From assembly GCA_030390025.1 (NCBI GenBank), contig CM059438.1, positions 62,870,001-62,934,000 of the forward strand: 64,000 nt of DNA, given 5' to 3'. The notes under the pieces were generated by a model that was not told the origin of the DNA, ran no database searches, and saw only the letters and a list, made by a program, of their open reading frames with translations. Shown here in pieces: positions 62,250 to 64,000 of this stretch (position 1 is the stretch's first letter; each line of letters starts with the position of its first letter). A program made the translations under genes and the position numbers. The stretch comes from Squalus acanthias (Eukaryota).

Positions 62250-63684
62250 AGTAAGGGCGTGGCTTGCAGCTGATGGTTGTAAACTGCTGTTTTGATTTCA
62301 GAGGTTTGAACTGATCTGAACTGAAGTATCTTTAGTTTATTGCCTCGTTGTCGTATCCAGATACCTGTTTTCATCTTCCAGATGGTACAAGTGTGACTGC
62401 CAGTGGATTCCCCAAATTTTGATACGCGTTGCACAGTTTTGACTGATCTACAGGAGACCAAACTCCATTGGGCTCACCTTGCCTGAGTGATTTGTGGAAA
62501 ACGAATTTCTAACCTCCTGTTAACATTGCAGGCTCGAGTGTGGAGTTTGGTGCTGTTACGGGTTTCCTCTCTCTTGGAAGTTCTTTCTGCGCAAACCTGC
62601 TGCTGCAGTACACATTGGCGAGCCCCCGCTGCCTGTTCATTGTCGCTGTGTCTGTAATTCCAGTCAAGTCAGCGTAGTGTTAATATGAAGCAACTTTGTA
62701 TTTCACCTCTCGTCTGCAGGCAGTTGGGATGCAGATCTGATTGCTCGTTGGAGCCGAGTGCCCCCTGTTGGTTAGAATCTAAGTGGGTTGTAGGCTTCAC
62801 TTTCAGCCCACCCTTATTAGCGCATTATTGCACAACCTGTTCGTTGCAGCTGGAGCAGATAGGGTGACGGGCAGCTCAAGCCCACTATAATTTTGCACGC
62901 TCCTTGCATTTGAGATTCTCAGCAGCCTTCTATTGAGGCTGCTTAAAATGAATACTTTTATATTAAAAAAAAGTTTGGGTCTTGGATTTTTTCTATTCCT
63001 GTTTTTCTTGCATTAAAGCATCGTTTATAATGGGTCAGGGCATTGCTTATTGAGCGCTTACCAACAATCAAGAAATGACAATAGGGAAGGGGTTACCTGG
63101 AGCTTGGGTACGAGACCGTGCGGCCATATATCCGAGGGTTGGTTCCTGCTGTAATTGGATTGCAGAAAGACGGGAACCTGGTGCTGATGCTCCACACCTT
63201 CACCTGGCGATACTGCTGCTTAGTGGGGTATGGTGTGTGTGTAGGGGTGTGGTGACAATATATTCACACTTTTTAATATAATGGGTTGTGCTGCTCATCA
63301 GGTTGCCCAGTTTGCAGGTCCCGGTCTAGTGAGGGTTAAAACCTTTTGTTAGTCAGTGGTCTAACCCGATGGTAACTGTCTTCCTTGGGGAGAGGCCAGC
63401 AGGATTTCTTTGGGATTGAGTTGACTCTGATGTGGCACACTGGCTGATGGAGCAAGTCAACCTTCTGTGGAAGACCCAGTAATCCAGTGCCTAAGCCAGA
63501 CAGGCTCACAGTACTTGACGGCTCTGTTTATCATTGACAGGACTTGTAGGTCGGTCCCTGGGATTCTTTCTGCCTGGCTCCAGATAACTCTGCATACCAG
63601 TGCCCTATCGGGTCGGGTGGCTGTAGCTGAGCAAGCACCAGTGTTCTGTGCTGGTGAGGCTTTAGCTGGTACACTCCAGCACAC

Positions 63685-63790
63685 GAAAGAAAGAACTTGC
63701 ATTTATATAGCGCCTTTCACGACCTGAGGGTGTCCAAAAGCGCTTCACAGCCAACCAAGTACTTTTGCAGTGTAGTCACTATTGTAATGT
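63685..63790 (-). mobile_element. Deu-SINE tail
   Basis: AAAGAACTTGCATTTATATAGCGCC. Confidence 0.85.
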
Positions 63791-64000
63791 AAACCGGTAG
63801 CCAACTTAGGAGGGGAGAGGTGTGGGGGGGTGGGGGGAGGAGATCTTGATGGTCCATTCAGGTGGAGATGGTAAGTTGGCTTTTCTGTGATGATGGCGGT
63901 TTCTTGAGCTGCCACGAAGATTTCAGTACAGTGCCGTGATGTGAATGTGAGGATGTCCACTTCAACCGTGGAAAAACACCCGGCAAGGACAATTATATAT

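Overview
Non-coding, transposon-saturated vertebrate DNA with no recognisable host exon. It is most likely a large intron or intergenic region of a shark or other cartilaginous fish, judged by the abundance of SacSINE1-like Deu-SINEs, CR1, L2 and Penelope elements. Nearly all ORFs in the track are retroelement fragments or their antisense shadows. Content: many CR1 3' ends; L2, RTE and Penelope (GIY-YIG, hammerhead ribozyme) remnants; a Mag-type Gypsy provirus with short LTRs and a nested CR1; several PIF/Harbinger and hAT MITEs. The highlights are four. (1) An apparently full-length, ORF1-less APE-RT LINE (28288-31431, minus) starts with a tRNA-derived A/B-box head and has no TTTT on its sense strand over about 3.1 kb. 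It is a candidate RNA polymerase III-transcribed protein-coding LINE, and head+tail deletion derivatives of it lie in the same window. (2) A 1.58-kb solo LTR has foamy-virus-like architecture (39767-41342). (3) A Penelope fold-back insertion has captured a 120-bp sequence also present 1.6 kb away. (4) A near-perfect 150-bp inverted repeat is built from old SINE sequence. Family names come from recognising motifs by eye, not from database searches.
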